Origin: Podarcis melisellensis
Taxonomy: Eukaryota
Length of the DNA stretch: 64,000 nt
NCBI GenBank assembly: GCA_964234715.1
Contig: OZ174284.1
Reading direction: 5' to 3' (one strand)
Shown here: positions 1 to 13,622 of the stretch, in pieces
How the letters are laid out: every line of letters starts with the position of its first letter
Position numbering within the stretch: position 1 is the first letter of the stretch
Notes under the pieces: generated by a model
The model's database searches: none
Told to the model about the DNA's origin: nothing
What the model saw: only the letters and a program-made list of their open reading frames with translations
Position numbers and translations under genes: made by a program

Positions 1-17
1 TATTTGTAAATACCCAA

Positions 18-23
18 TTTATT
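18..23 (-). promoter_or_regulatory. Candidate distal polyadenylation signal AATAAA
   Basis: Plus-strand tttatt. Upstream (minus sense) is AU-rich with a UGUA motif. Cleavage would fall at about the window edge. Confidence 0.45.
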
Positions 24-221
24 CATCAGCAAATACTATGTAATTGTGTACAAGGCAAGATTATGCAAAACAATTTGCATAATGTATATAAATGATAGCA
101 TCTGTCAATTTACCAGTTAATGTAAACTCTTAACATAAACACATTTAAGGTTAATGTCTAGATAGTCAGTGAATCAAAGGAGCGGTCTTAATCTTCACAC
201 CTGTCTAGAAACCATTTAGAT

Positions 222-357
222 CAGGCATAGGCAAACTTGGCCCTCCAGATGTTTTGGGAATACAACTCCCATCATCCCTAGCTAATAGGACCAGTGGTCA
301 GGGATGATGGCAGTTGTAGTCCCAAAACATTTGGAGGGCAGATTTTGCCTATGCCTG
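222..357. mobile_element. Palindromic non-autonomous hAT-type MITE, 136 bp
   Basis: TIRs CAGGCATAGGCAAA / TTTGCCTATGCCTG. The element is nearly a full fold-back. 8-bp TSD atttagat at 214-221 and 358-365. Confidence 0.9.
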
Positions 358-631
358 ATTTAGATAGTGTGCAAATCCATGATAAAACATGACACTCAGA
401 AGTAGGTATCAATGGTGAGGTGTTTCAAGACTTACTTCAAAATGGCCTGATATAGTCTTCACTGCAGGCTCCATGAGATTTTAGTCTGCATATGGAGCTG
501 AGAGGGGAACCTCTGGCCCAGAAGCTGAATGCGACCCTTCAGATCTCTCTATACAGTTCTCAGGACTTTTCCAAGGTAATTTCCTTCTCCGCAGGCCTCA
601 CCCCTCACTACCTCTATAACACACCCTCCTT

Positions 632-671
632 GAGATGGGCGGGGTATAAATTATAAATTATTATTATTATT
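632..671 (+). mobile_element. Very short 3' tail of an L2 LINE
   Basis: gagatgggcggggtataaat...(tta)n matches the 3' end of the L2 copy near 41210-41245. Confidence 0.6.
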
Positions 672-1042
672 AGCTTGGCTGGAATGTGTCCTTGCAGAGG
701 CAGACTCTGGGTTTTCAAATTTCAGTGGTGCCCTGTGCAACGCCAAAATTCGGCACCCTCTGGTGAATTATTTCAAATGTGTTTTCAAATAAATTGTAGT
801 TTTCAAAATGGTCTCTGACAAACAAACAAACAAAATCTATTGGAGTGGCTAGAGTGCATGATTGTCCCAAATGCCCCTGGGGGAGTGATGGCATGTGGTG
901 AGGTGACATTCCTCACAGGGAAATGGTACAGAAAAAAAAGATGGCTGCCTAAATGGGGGCAGCCATTTTCTTCCCATACTGTAGCCCTGTGAGGGACTTG
1001 CAGCCACATACTGTATAGCATGCAGCAGATATTGCCTGTTAA

Positions 1043-1171
1043 NNNNNNNNNNNNNNNNNNNNNNNNNNNNNNNNNNNNNNNNNNNNNNNNNNNNNNNNNN
1101 NNNNNNNNNNNNNNNNNNNNNNNNNNNNNNNNNNNNNNNNNNNNNNNNNNNNNNNNNNNNNNNNNNNNNNN
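1043..1171. other. N run, 129 nt (gap or masked sequence)
   Basis: Seen directly in the sequence. Confidence 0.99.
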
Positions 1172-4100
1172 GTGGAAGCCTGGATTCTGTAGAGTGCTAT
1201 GTTCTAATCCACACATCAGTCCCGGAGACAAAGTCCACTTCAGATTTCAGCCTGCCAAATTCCTCGAGCATCCTCCCTTTGAGATCCCCCTTTTCAGCTG
1301 TCTGACTTTATGAGATTAGAAAGGATTGAATTGTTTTAAATTTGCCACATTATTTAAATGTGTCCCTATCAATTGAATTATGACTTAATCTAATGAAATC
1401 TAGCACTGCTTTTCTTTCTCATGGTTGAAAGCTGCTTGATACTTCCCTGTTTAGGAATAATTTGTTTTTACCACCATAGAAACTGAAAAATGCACGTTTG
1501 CTATGAGAGAAAGGTTTGCCTTTGGGCCACAACTTTGTAGACACAAAGATAAATCAAAATAATTTAGAAAACTACCTACTTATAGACAGGGTCTGTCACT
1601 ACATGTTGGCCCTTAATACTCAATGGGCATATCTGTGCCAAACATGGTCATTCCTTCCTTCCCCAGGGAAATATAGTTGAGCGGGGTTAGGAATCTCTTA
1701 CAGAGAATGCTCACAAATCTGTGGGAGAAATCATGGCAGTGAAAGTAACACAAACTAGTGTAGACAGAGCAATGATGACCCGCCCACCCCATACTCTAAG
1801 CCATCTGTGTGCTGTATACCAATAACCTCGCCTCTGCCCCTCAGTGGCTGTCAGACAGTTGTTCTCCCTCATTCAAACCACACCGTTAGATATTTGCAAA
1901 CGTGTTGTCATGACCCCCATTAACCTGCTTTTATGACATGCATCAGTCTTCCCTCTCCTGGGCTGCCTATATGGGCATCAGTGACAGACATTACAGAAAA
2001 ATTGACACAACATCCCAAACCATCATGTTGGATTTGGCCGTGGGTAGGAGATGCATTAGAGCACCCAAAATGGCAACCTCATTGTTTGCACTGTGTAGGG
2101 AAGGTTTTGCTTGAATTTTAAGGGGAATTTCTCCTTGAAAAAAAGTACTGAAACTATCCACAGTCCCTCTGCATGCAGGCACACGTACACAATCTCCCAC
2201 ATTACTTATCTTCAGAGAGTTCCACTCACACAGAGAAACTCACTTAACATTCTGCAGTGTCCACCACAGCTAATAGAAAGAGAGCAAGCTGCTGAAGGGC
2301 AATTGCATAGCCCGTACTTAACCTTGAGCAAGAGGATTTGATGTCCAGGCCTCAGTTTCGCACCTCCTTGGCAAAGGCTGGCTAATCGGAGAGAACAGCA
2401 GAAAATGCTTCATGGCATTCAGCTTAACAGTTCAGATAAGGAAGCAGCCCAGGAAGCCATTCTTTTCTGGATACAGGAGGGATATATAGCTAGTGGTTAA
2501 GATAGGGCAGAGAAAGTCACAAAATGCCTGGAATTTCTGCTTGTGTGATGGAAGGTGATTTTCCACACAGCGGCTCAGAGGTGATAATATCTGTTCCTCT
2601 TTGGTCTAAGATCTTACCGACCCAGAAGAATAAGGGAAGGGAAGAAGTGAACTCAGTAGAGGCTACCTGGAACAACATTCAAACCCTTATTGTGTGCTGG
2701 CATTCTAGGGAAAAGAGCCCGGTTTACTTAACCACCGCAAGAGCGCACTTATGCATGATCAAAAAAGAGGAGAAAAGGGTATTTATCTGCATAAAATTGG
2801 CCTATGCTAATTTATATGTAGAGATACAAATTTAGAAACAATTTCCATAATTTATGCAAAAATGCAGTACATCTCATTTGGGAAAGACTGTGACGAGATT
2901 GGCTTGTGTGCCAGCTGATTCTACCACCCACTGTTGTTGATGGGCAACTTCCAACCTCCTTTTCTCCCTCCTTCAAGGCCTTTGCTGTGCTCCCTTCTTA
3001 GGTTCCTTTCTCTTTAAAATGGACATGGGCCAGACAGACGTTCAAACAAAAGATACCTTCATATAGAAGGCTGTGCTCTGTAAAGTAGAACCTATCATCT
3101 GCCCTGCACCTGATTAAAGAATGGATGGAAGGGGGAAGTTTTACCACATTTCCAGATTTACTTTGAAGTAATAAGACAACCTGTTTCAGTAAACTACCAA
3201 CCAATTTTTGCTGTACCACTAAAGCCTAATAGAAACTGGGCAGTATATGCAGAGTGGATGAATAGATTTGCTTCCTGTGATTCAATATTAAGATCTTGGC
3301 CAGTGGTCCATTTGGATATGAAGATCAAAATTATTTCTGGAATCAGACAGATCAGGAGGGACGCCAGAAATTATGGGATTACTTTGAGGGCTAGGTTTAA
3401 AGAGGGCAAGGGAACATATGTACACAGAAAAACCTCAGGGATGCACAATACAAAAGCCACACAAGAAGTGCTAGTTGGTGCTTCAAAATATGCTTCTGCT
3501 AATGGAATGCTTGCAAGATGGTAAACACCAAAACAGGTGCAACTAAAAGTCTAGTTGTACATCAAAAACAGAACTGGGGCACAACACTCCAGTAAAGTTC
3601 TCCTGCACAAACTCCACTGAAGTGAATGGGAGACGTGTAAGCAGCTCTCCCAGATTGTTCCTCAGATGTTTATTTGTTTTTAAAGGGAAAAATGGAATGG
3701 TTACAGGGTTGTAGAATTTTAATGTTAATGTTTTCACAACCCAATACTGTATAGCCTTGATGGTGTCTGTATTATGTATTGTGTTACAAGCTGTGGTCAT
3801 GTTAAGGACTCTGGGAGTATATATATTTAATAAATAACAAAAAAAAACAAAATTTAAACCACAGAAGATAAGTGCAGCATTTGAATTTGCAAAATATCTA
3901 ATGAGAGTTCACATGTTTAAGGAGTTGAAGAGAACAGTGAGTCTTTTTATGCATTACATGCAAAGAAAACAGACCCTTTGCCTTTTACACATTTCACCAG
4001 TCAGGCGTGTCATTTTAGTGGTGAAACTTAATTTCAGCAAATTTCTTCAGTGAAGAGCGGTGAAAATAAGTTTTGGGGTGTGAGGAATTCAAATCTGCTA

Positions 4101-5572
4101 TTATTTTTGTGATTGGACAACATTTAGCTTGGCAAATCTATGTTTGATTAGAAAACACATAAAATGCTTTTGGAAAACCAAAGAATTTTAATTTTACCTT
4201 CTGGTCAGGTAATGCTAAATAATAATAATAATAATACAAGTCTCCTGCCAGTCACCAAGCAATACAATGATATCAGGCCCACACAGATCAACAATCCAGA
4301 GAAAACCTGGGAACCCCATGTGCAGAACAAATTCCTCAAGAAACTGAGCCAAACCACAAGCCACAAGTCAAGTCACACATGAGATTGATTATATGATCAA
4401 GATACTGAGGGTGGAGAAAACTTTCTGGAACACATATTCAGGTAAGGGAAACAGGATGCAAAGCGTAAGAAATGAACAGACAATGCCATTACCTTCATGC
4501 CCTGCTTATAAATTTTGCAGAGGCATTTGGGAGGCCACTGCTGTAAACAGTGCTGGACCAGTTGGAGACAATCAATTTGTTCAAGGCCACACACCCAATA
4601 CAAGGCAGAAGTGGGATTTGAGCCCTTAAGTACAATTTCTTTGACACTACATACTGCTGCATCACAACAGCAACTTTACACAAGGCCAACCAGTTAACTT
4701 ACTATACAGATCCCAACCCATATTGTTCCCCTTGAAGAGATCTACTCCCTAAAAGAATTTCACCTGCATTTCCATATATTTACCCCCTCTCCTTCCTCCC
4801 ACCCAACCCTGAAGAAAATATCTTCTCCCTTTTACCCATCTCCATGGCAGGGTCAGGCAGACAAACTATGAGCTTCCTATCCCCTTAAATCTCTCAACTC
4901 TTTTTGACAGGGAAAAGAGGTGGTTGACAGGGAGCTCCTGGGGTAGGAAAATTACGGTACAATAATTTGGAGAAATCAGTGGACCAATCAAGCAGCCAAC
5001 CTCCAAGGAATGCCACCAATGAGGAGCCAGCCTTCTCACATCACCCATTGGCCCCAAACCACAGGAAGCAGACATGCACAACTGCCAGCAACCCACAGGG
5101 GCAGGCAGGGAGCAAGTTCTCTGAACTACATTTGCATTCCCTCAGGAAATTTCCCCTCGAGGTGGCAACATGATATGCTGTGCATTGGCCAAATCCCAGC
5201 CTATTATTTCCCCAAATTGTAGACAATTTTTGCCCCAAAGTGCCTCAAAATGGTGTACAGTATTCATGCACCCAGTTTGGCAGAGGCCATCGTTGTACAC
5301 ATATTGTCGAGTGCCAGTCTGGGAAGCCACCCCCTGGGATGTCCTACAAGTACCACAATTGCCTTCCCTAGTAAGAGATGACCTTTACTTCAAGGTGCTT
5401 CATGTTTCAACAACACATAAACATTCATGGCTGCCATTAACCCCACCCCACTCCCCATCATGCATTGCAACTTCCCTCCCTTCCACACAAACGTTTTCCC
5501 CACAACCTCCCCTTTTCCCATCACCGCCCTCAATCAACAAAACTTCTCGCCACAACTTCTGTTCTTGATCAT

Positions 5573-5578
5573 TTTATT
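5573..5578 (-). promoter_or_regulatory. Candidate intermediate polyadenylation signal AATAAA
   Basis: Preceded by U-rich sequence and UGUA, followed by GUUGUG...GUUUUGUUG on the minus strand. Confidence 0.35.
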
Positions 5579-8500
5579 TTGGTGACTTTCATGCTACATA
5601 AAAATTAGCTTTTCTATAAAAAAGTATTCACAATTTTCCCCCAAAATATTTCAAGGTTATTTTTTTTAATATTTGTAAGTTTTCTTTTTGCAGCGAGGGT
5701 TACCAGTCATCCCATATCCTCCTGCTGCCATCATCTTCGTTCTCTTTACATTAAAAATAAATATATGAGATGACAAGATTCAACACAGGAGGGATTTATT
5801 GACTCTAACCAAAAGACTGGGAAAATCCAGGTTTTCCCCAGTGGATGGAGATACCCACAAGAACATGGCACAGAGTGCCAATGAAATTTCACTGGGGAGG
5901 AACATTTATTTCTCTCCTGATTTCTGAGTCGCCCTTCTCTGTGAATGGGTGTGATTTCATAATGCAAAATAGCTGGAACAATTGGAGGAAGCTCCAAGAA
6001 TTGTGGACAAAGGTATCTGGGCAAATGTGAATTATTTTAAAACTTCAAACACAATTTCCCATCTCTCATACTAGAATTTCATAGAAATTTCTCAACTCTA
6101 CCAGATTTAAATCTAAAACCTGAAAACAGACTATCTATACTATAACCAACAGATCAACTAACTAGGACTTCTAACCAGAAGTCTTGACTGTCAATTCTCT
6201 TTGACAGACATATTTTGGAACTGTTTATGGCACTTTGGAGGTTGTTGATTGTGATAAATGCATTGTTTGATCCAAAGTTTACAATTACCCACCTAAATTG
6301 GAGTGAATTGGTTTCCAGTGGGTCTTGTTCACCCAAACACCACTTGCATGCATCTGGTTACATACATGGGAGATTAAGGAATAATATATTGTTTTCATCT
6401 GTCTCTTCATCTTGTTCTGTATGAATTCCATACTCCCTATAAGTGACTACAGATGTTCATGGACCAATTGGTAACTTACCAGGTACATATTTATTGCTTG
6501 GTATGCCAGTCAACTGAAACATCCTGCCAAGTGATGAATTTTATTACTACAGTTTCTAAATATTTCTGAGCAGATTAAGAAGTGTGGTAAATGTCTCATC
6601 ACTTGACAATCTGTTTCAGATGACCAACATTCCAAGTGTTGGAATGTATATGATGTGCTTGGTAACTTGCATAGGCTTCAGAAAACTGTCTTCCCCCTCT
6701 TCCCCAGTAATGTTAGCTCCAGAAAACACTGGAAGAAAGACCAATGGAGGTGAAGAGAAGGGCAAGACTGAGCTGCAATATATGTTACAATGCATTCAAA
6801 GAGAATGTGGCTCTGATTTACACAAGTCACTATGTGAATACCTATATGCATAGCTCCTGCTTCCTCCAATCCTTTCAACTATCACTCCATTCCCTATTAT
6901 GAGATGACACCCACCCACATAAAAAGATGACTAAGAAATACTGTATATAAGTAAATAGCACAATATAATATTCAGGACCCTCAGCAATCCATGTTTGATT
7001 AACAGTACTCTATATAATCAATCATAGTGATTCTATGTATCAATCAATCAATCAGTCAAGCACACACAAACACACACACACACACCGTAAGGAAGCACTA
7101 GCTGAAGTAAATGTACAGAAATCAGATTTTGAATGAGACAACCTGGTGGATTTAGCCATTCATTATGGATAAGGATAGGGAAGTTGTAAAAACCCATAAA
7201 AGAGAAAAGATGAAGAGCATTGGGTCTTTGAACAGCAGCAAGCCTAGAATCATACAGTAATGCGGTTCATGCTGACGTTCCTTGCTGTTTTGGGAAATGC
7301 TGCTTGAAATTGTTATTTCTGTCAATTGTAAATTGTGTTCTCTCTCTATAATACAGACAAAAGAATGAAATCTACATTTTTAGTTACATTCATTTTCAGA
7401 ATCTCTTTTGTTTCAGATGAATCATTCTAACTTGGTCTCACCATTCATTCCACATACACAAAACATTCATTTTAGTCAGTTTAAATTATCAATTAAGCTC
7501 CATTTCAGTCTGGAGATTTTTCTTTTCTTTTACTAGTGGCCAAATGTTGGCAAAGTGCTTTTTTCCCACTAGGAAAGTTTTGTTAGAAACTTCCTAGTTA
7601 GTTTTTAAAAGGGAGGGGGCTTTCCAGATGATCAGTTTGTTAAAGCACATTCACAGTCCAGTCCTACACCAAGTTTGACATGCTTAATCCTACAAAATTC
7701 AGTGGCTTTAGGGGCCTAACTACACATTACATTAATGATGTGATTAGCAAACACATTGTGTGTTGTTAAAAATTAAATATCAAGTGCAGCGGAAACAACT
7801 GTTATCAGGATCCTTCCTCCTCTTGGCACAATCTCCATAAAATGCCCCCCACAGCACAGAAATTACCATTGGGGAGGGAGAATCTCCACTGATGCCAATG
7901 GGAGCTTGGTATGTAATGCGAGTAGCTGTGCTGGGCAGGGAGGGGAATTTCATGCAAATTGCATCTGAGTAGAGCTTAACCCTTCTCATCCTGTGCACTC
8001 TGATCTTATTGACACTCACATCCCTGCACCTGTATTCTTTTTCAAAAAATAGCATGCAATGCGATTGTAAATCATACTGTTAATATTATATGTAGTTAGG
8101 CTTCTGGATGCACAGAGTGCTGCGCAGAACTGGAGTGTAAGTGTGTTGCCATTACTCATTTGTGATATGGGATCTACATTTCTAGCAGTGTCTCTATTGC
8201 AGCATTTCCACAAGCAGTGAAGGCAATGACTGCACATTACCTGCAATACCACCAGTGAGAAATGTGCTCACTTACTACCACAGCTTGTGACATTCTTGCA
8301 TTTACAGTTTTCAACTATTTATTTTATAGAATGCCCTTGTTTACTGTGCACTGTATCAGCTGTCTACTGCAGTGATGGTGGAGCCATTCTGTACTAGTTC
8401 TAAACAAAACTTCAGTAAGCAAGGCAAACACATGTTGCCAATGAGGATGTTTTACGTGATTTCCCTTAAAAACGTCTTTGCTGGCTGCACCCTTTCCAGC

Positions 8501-11500
8501 TGTGCTTTTCGAAAGCTGTGAACGACAGAACTGCTGTCTCCCACAATATGGTGATTTTGGAAGAAGATGCTTCTGGAATCAGGGCTAGCATCGCTATATA
8601 ACTAGAATAGGATGCAGGGTTTTTTGCCCCCTAATCATTGGAAAAGCCCCCACCCCACCCCAAATGAGAGAGCATGAGACAGAACAGCAACTTCCTGTTG
8701 CACAAAAGACCAGAGAGGTATATTGCAAAGCTCTGCTCTCTAACAATGACATCTCAGAACTGTCCTACCATCAAACACATTACAAACACAGATTACACGG
8801 CCTCCCATCTGAACAACACAGACTGGAAACTATCTTAACGTTGTATTGTAGGCTACGCCTCCTTTACCCCCCACCCGAGCTCCCCTGACTTACCTAAAAG
8901 TATGCATACAACATGCACACACATTTCACAGTGGTTTGTGTGCGCCTGCCTGCCTGTTTGAATAAACACAGTAATTGAGTCAGGCTTCCAAAGCCAATGA
9001 TTTTTCTAGGAACTAAATATTTGACTGTGAAATGTTATGGACTATAAGGAGACTTTGCTCCTGTCATTCCCATGCCTCTTATACCTCCTTTATGCTTTCC
9101 TTTTCCCAACTCTCATCTGTATCTCTAGGCTAAGGTGCATCTTAATACCAAAGACCTATGATTGAACCTCTCAAGTGTTTCTTGCTTAGGCTTAAAGCAG
9201 CCATGGGAAGGAGGAATTTTATCATGGCTGCAGAAGGGTGGAGGTTCAACCCTTTCCTGGTGCTTCCTTCCCAATATGTGTATTCCCACCGAAAGCTTCT
9301 TTTTAGGCATAAAGGGGGAAAATTGGTCCCTGCAGTGCTTCATGCTGAAGACTGACCTCCACCCATACAGCTCTCCTATCAATCCACAAACTGGCTTTGG
9401 GAAATGAGAGGATTGCAGTAAATGCACCTTCCCACTTTCCCCAAATGACCCTGCCAGAGTCTTGCAACAAGACAGGATGTCAGGTACTGGCTGTAATATG
9501 CCTTTTAGCAATTGCATTATTCAGCAAAGAAACACATTAGCCTAAATCCAAATCAGTTATCTGCTAGCTAACAAGACTTAGCTTATGGCTCAAAGTCTAA
9601 ATTTCATCCTGTTAAAGAGTAAAGGTGGCCATGATAATAGTGCAAATTGAACCAACAGAGTATGAACAATTAATTAAAGGGTGTTGATGGGTTTGCCATA
9701 GTCTCAGGAGTCACCCAAAGGGCATTCCAAGCAGAGATGTATGAGAGGTTACTCAGTGATGTATGCACCACAGCAGTTGGTAGCAAGGCAGAAAGAAGCT
9801 TGGCACCAAGTGAAAGACGCCTGGCACCCGGCTGTGAATAAGGAGGACATGGCAGAAAAGCAAGGCGCTGTGCTGCAGACAGTGCAGCCCTTGGCTGTGA
9901 AGCAAAAGAGGCTGGCACACTAACAAGGATGATGATGCAGTCGATAGCTGAAACAGAAGCAGCACGGAGGAGAAATGTTGCACATAAGAGCAATAGGCAG
10001 TCACCAGTGACAGTCAGAGGCATCTGTGACATACTGTCCACATACTGAATAACACATTGCCCTACATCTGACAGCACCATCCACTAAGAACATAAGGGAG
10101 TTGGTGGGTTATGGGAATAACAGAATCCAAGTTGCAGAGGGGCAAATTCTCCCACTTCTATGGAATGATGTTTGGCTAGCAAGGAATCCTTCAAATCTGT
10201 TCTTAATCTCTTCTGCCTATCATGAATTGCACAGAAAAATAGGCCACACATTAGTCCTTCCTGTCTACAAATCTAGCTATATGTACACTGTGAAGCTACT
10301 CTCAGTCCACTTTATTCAGGTGGCAAATGTGCACCACGTGCACACAGGACTTTTGAGCTGTAAAATCAACCTTTCAGAGGGAGCCAAAGTCCTTTGCCAC
10401 ACCCATTGAGCCCCCAACCAAGAGCTTTAAACAGTTTTATACTTGGCAAAATAATAACTCATTCCACAAGGCTTTACTTTTGCTCTCTGCTTACAGCAAA
10501 TCACAAAAACTAACACCTGCCTTTAAGATAAAACTATATATACTCTCAGCTTCCCTCTCACAAACTACTATGCAAGTGGAGCTTATATCTTAGTAGAGAG
10601 AAACATCAGCATCCTCTCTGGCTTTAGTCATGGCTCTTCATGATATTCTACACATTCTTTATCCAGAACAGAACTCCCCATGTCCAGTTCTTGCACATTT
10701 GCTCATATGGTTAGATGGAAGGGTCACAGAGACAGTAGAAGGGCATGGCTTGTTCCACAACCCTGTATATATTCTGGGATGTGATCTCTATAAAGGCAAT
10801 TGCCCCTGCCTTTGTTGTAGAACAGTTAGGTCACACAAGAGTAGTTCTATGGTCCAGAGAGAGGGAGGGGCGCAAGATTCCCCCTGCCCCTAGGCAGCAC
10901 CCTGCGATTGGGGCTTGTACAAAGGGAGAATTGAACTTGAGCTAGGGAGATTGCAAATCATTGTTTCAGATGCTGCTACTAAAACAAACAGATTGGATTG
11001 ACCTGCAAATTGCTACATAAATGAAAAGCACACAATAAGCATTACATAACATTATGGTAAAAATCAGTACAAATAAAGCTAGTTAACTGGCCAACCAATA
11101 GATTTCAATTACCAGTTTTCCATGGGAAGATATTATTAAGCAAAGTTATTTCCAAATCAGTAAGAATAATACAAAGGCACAATGCAAATCCAGGTGCTTT
11201 TAACTGAAAAGGCAAATTGTTGGGCTGAAAGGCTACCCTGAACCCCACTTTACTTTAAAAGATGGTCAGGCTGGCATGCGCTCATATCCCCACCCCAATA
11301 CACAGTTCAGAAAGCCAAACAAAACATTAATATCCTTATTCTGCATGTGACAGAAGGGTGAGGGCAGTTCCTTGGGTAACCTGCAGCTGCTGAAGAAAAC
11401 ATCAACTACCACAAGCCCTTTCTTTCTATTTTGTTTTCTCAGAGAAAACATTCTAAGGCCATTGTTTTCCACACCACTACTGGTAGCCTAAAACACATGA

Positions 11501-11864
11501 ACTTGATGCTAAGAACATTTGAAAATGACCAAAATAAAAGGAGCAGGTGAGGATTATGTAATGCAGGAACATCCCTTAATGCAGTGAAGGGGGGTGAGGA
11601 GGCACCTCTCTACAAACAATGGGCGGAATCCAGCACAAGGAGTGCTCAATGGAGCTTGTGCAAGAGAATATTCTGGTAGGTTGTACTCCTCCCAAATGGA
11701 AATCATACCCTCAGACACTGAGCCTTTGGAAATAAAAGAAGGCCTGTTTCCTTCACCAGGGATAAGGAGATATGAGTCAGGCTGGCTCAGTGAAGAGGGG
11801 AGTGAACATTGGCCACTTTGTGGGAGGAGCTCATTATTCTGCCTCCACTGTTGAAGGCAGTAGG

Positions 11865-12010
11865 TGTCTGAATACCAACCACTGGGAATCAAGGGTGGGG
11901 AGAGGGCTGCTGTGGTCAAGTCCTGCTTTCAGGCTTCCCATAGGCATCCCATTGGCCACTGTGAGATGCTGGACTAGCTGGGCCACTGGCCTGATCCAGC
12001 AGGCTACCTT
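11865..12010 (+). mobile_element. Old squamate CR1-type retroposon 3' fragment
   Basis: ggcttcccataggcatc...gctggactagctgggccactggcctgatccagcaggct. Related copies near 42050-42120 and 61580-61685. Confidence 0.5.
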
Positions 12011-13616
12011 GTGTTTTTGGATAACAAGATCAGGGTGTCAAAAGGGCTGATGTTAGACAACAAGGGCAGTAGCAAGAGGGAACAGGGGAGGGTAAGCGTA
12101 CTAGATATACTTTTGATTTTATTTTGCACTTTTACAAAAGGGTGTTGAGAAAATAACGATGAGCAACCATCCATATAAAGACTTATGAACAAGATTTCTT
12201 GTAATAAGAAGGCAATTTTAAGGTAATACAATGTTAGATGGTTGATATGAAGGCTGACAAAGTGCATTTGATGGGATTTATGAGGACCCTCATGAAAGAA
12301 AGCATGGTGAAAAGGCTTTGTGTCCATGCCTCAATTGTCAAATCATGCCAACTGTTTATTAGAGTCAAAAGAACTTTTCCAAGGAGATCACAGATGGTAC
12401 ACTGCTCTGCCGCTACCTGACTAGCTGAAGAGCAATACCAGGTGATTTCAGAAATGTACCTATTAGCATGTGGGTGGCTGGGTAACAACATCTTTCAATT
12501 ATTTACATTTTAATCATATTAAATAATTAAAATCCTGCCCTTCCTTCAAATAGTGCAGGGTGGCATATCTAGGATAATCCCAATTTCATCTCTCCAAGAG
12601 TAGGCCATCTAGCAAGCTTCATGGCTGAGTAAGGATGTGAAGTACAAATCTAACACTCAGTCTACCACACTAGTTTTACTACCCACAATGAAAGGGTTCT
12701 GCTTGGAAAAGAGATGCCATCTTTAGATGCCCAAAATCACACATGCACAGCAAGAGAGCAGGAGGGAGTGAGGTGACAGCCAAAGAAGCAGAGTAGTCTG
12801 AACAAAAAAATGAGGTACAAAACCTCAGAAGAGATCTGAACACAGTTCAGTAAGGTGGGGTTATGGTCAGATTTGAACAGGGGGAGTGAGGCTCTGACAT
12901 GGGTTTTACGTAGAAGATCCAGAATAACAACCTGCTGTGTAGGAGGGATGTTAGAAAATGGCTTTTCCTTGCAGAAGAAGTGGGTGAAGAATACTCTTGA
13001 ACAATGTCAGAGAAAGACACACATATCAAAATGGTGGGTGTTACTAACATCCCAGGAAAAGGAAGGGAGAAAAACATGGGACAGTTTTCAGAGGAGAGAG
13101 AGGGGGGAAAATAAAGACAGACAATCTAAGGAAAGGGGTAGCCTGGTGTTTCAAACATATAATCTCAAACATGTAATCTCTAGCTATCAATACATGTTCT
13201 AATTAAGGAAACTATTAACACCCTTTTCCTCCCCACCCGCCACCAGCCCCCAAACCTCCCCCAACATGAGTCCCTTTCTTAGCACACACATAGAACATCC
13301 AGATAAACTTCCCAAACTGGCAAAAGCAACCACTGAAACAACTTCAAACACCACAGACCAAGGAAAACCACAACTCATAAGTCATTTCCCCCTTCCCCAT
13401 GCCTTTGCTTAATATGGAAATACTGTACATATAAAAAAATTACCCTCTTCCCCCAACCTGAATATAGCTGCTGTAATTAGCTCCTGTACATATGTACACT
13501 TATATTTACATATAACCGCAATCAAATAAGCGGATGATATATATGGCACAACATGAATACATAACATTAAAAACAATGTCAGGAAATGTTGCATTGTTTC
13601 TGCTTTGATAAAATGT

Positions 13617-13622
13617 TTTATT
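13617..13622 (-). promoter_or_regulatory. Candidate proximal polyadenylation signal AATAAA (~5.6 kb UTR)
   Basis: Followed ~40 nt later on the minus strand by a U/GU-rich element, UGUUUUUAAUGUUAUGUAUUCAUGUUGUG. Confidence 0.45.
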
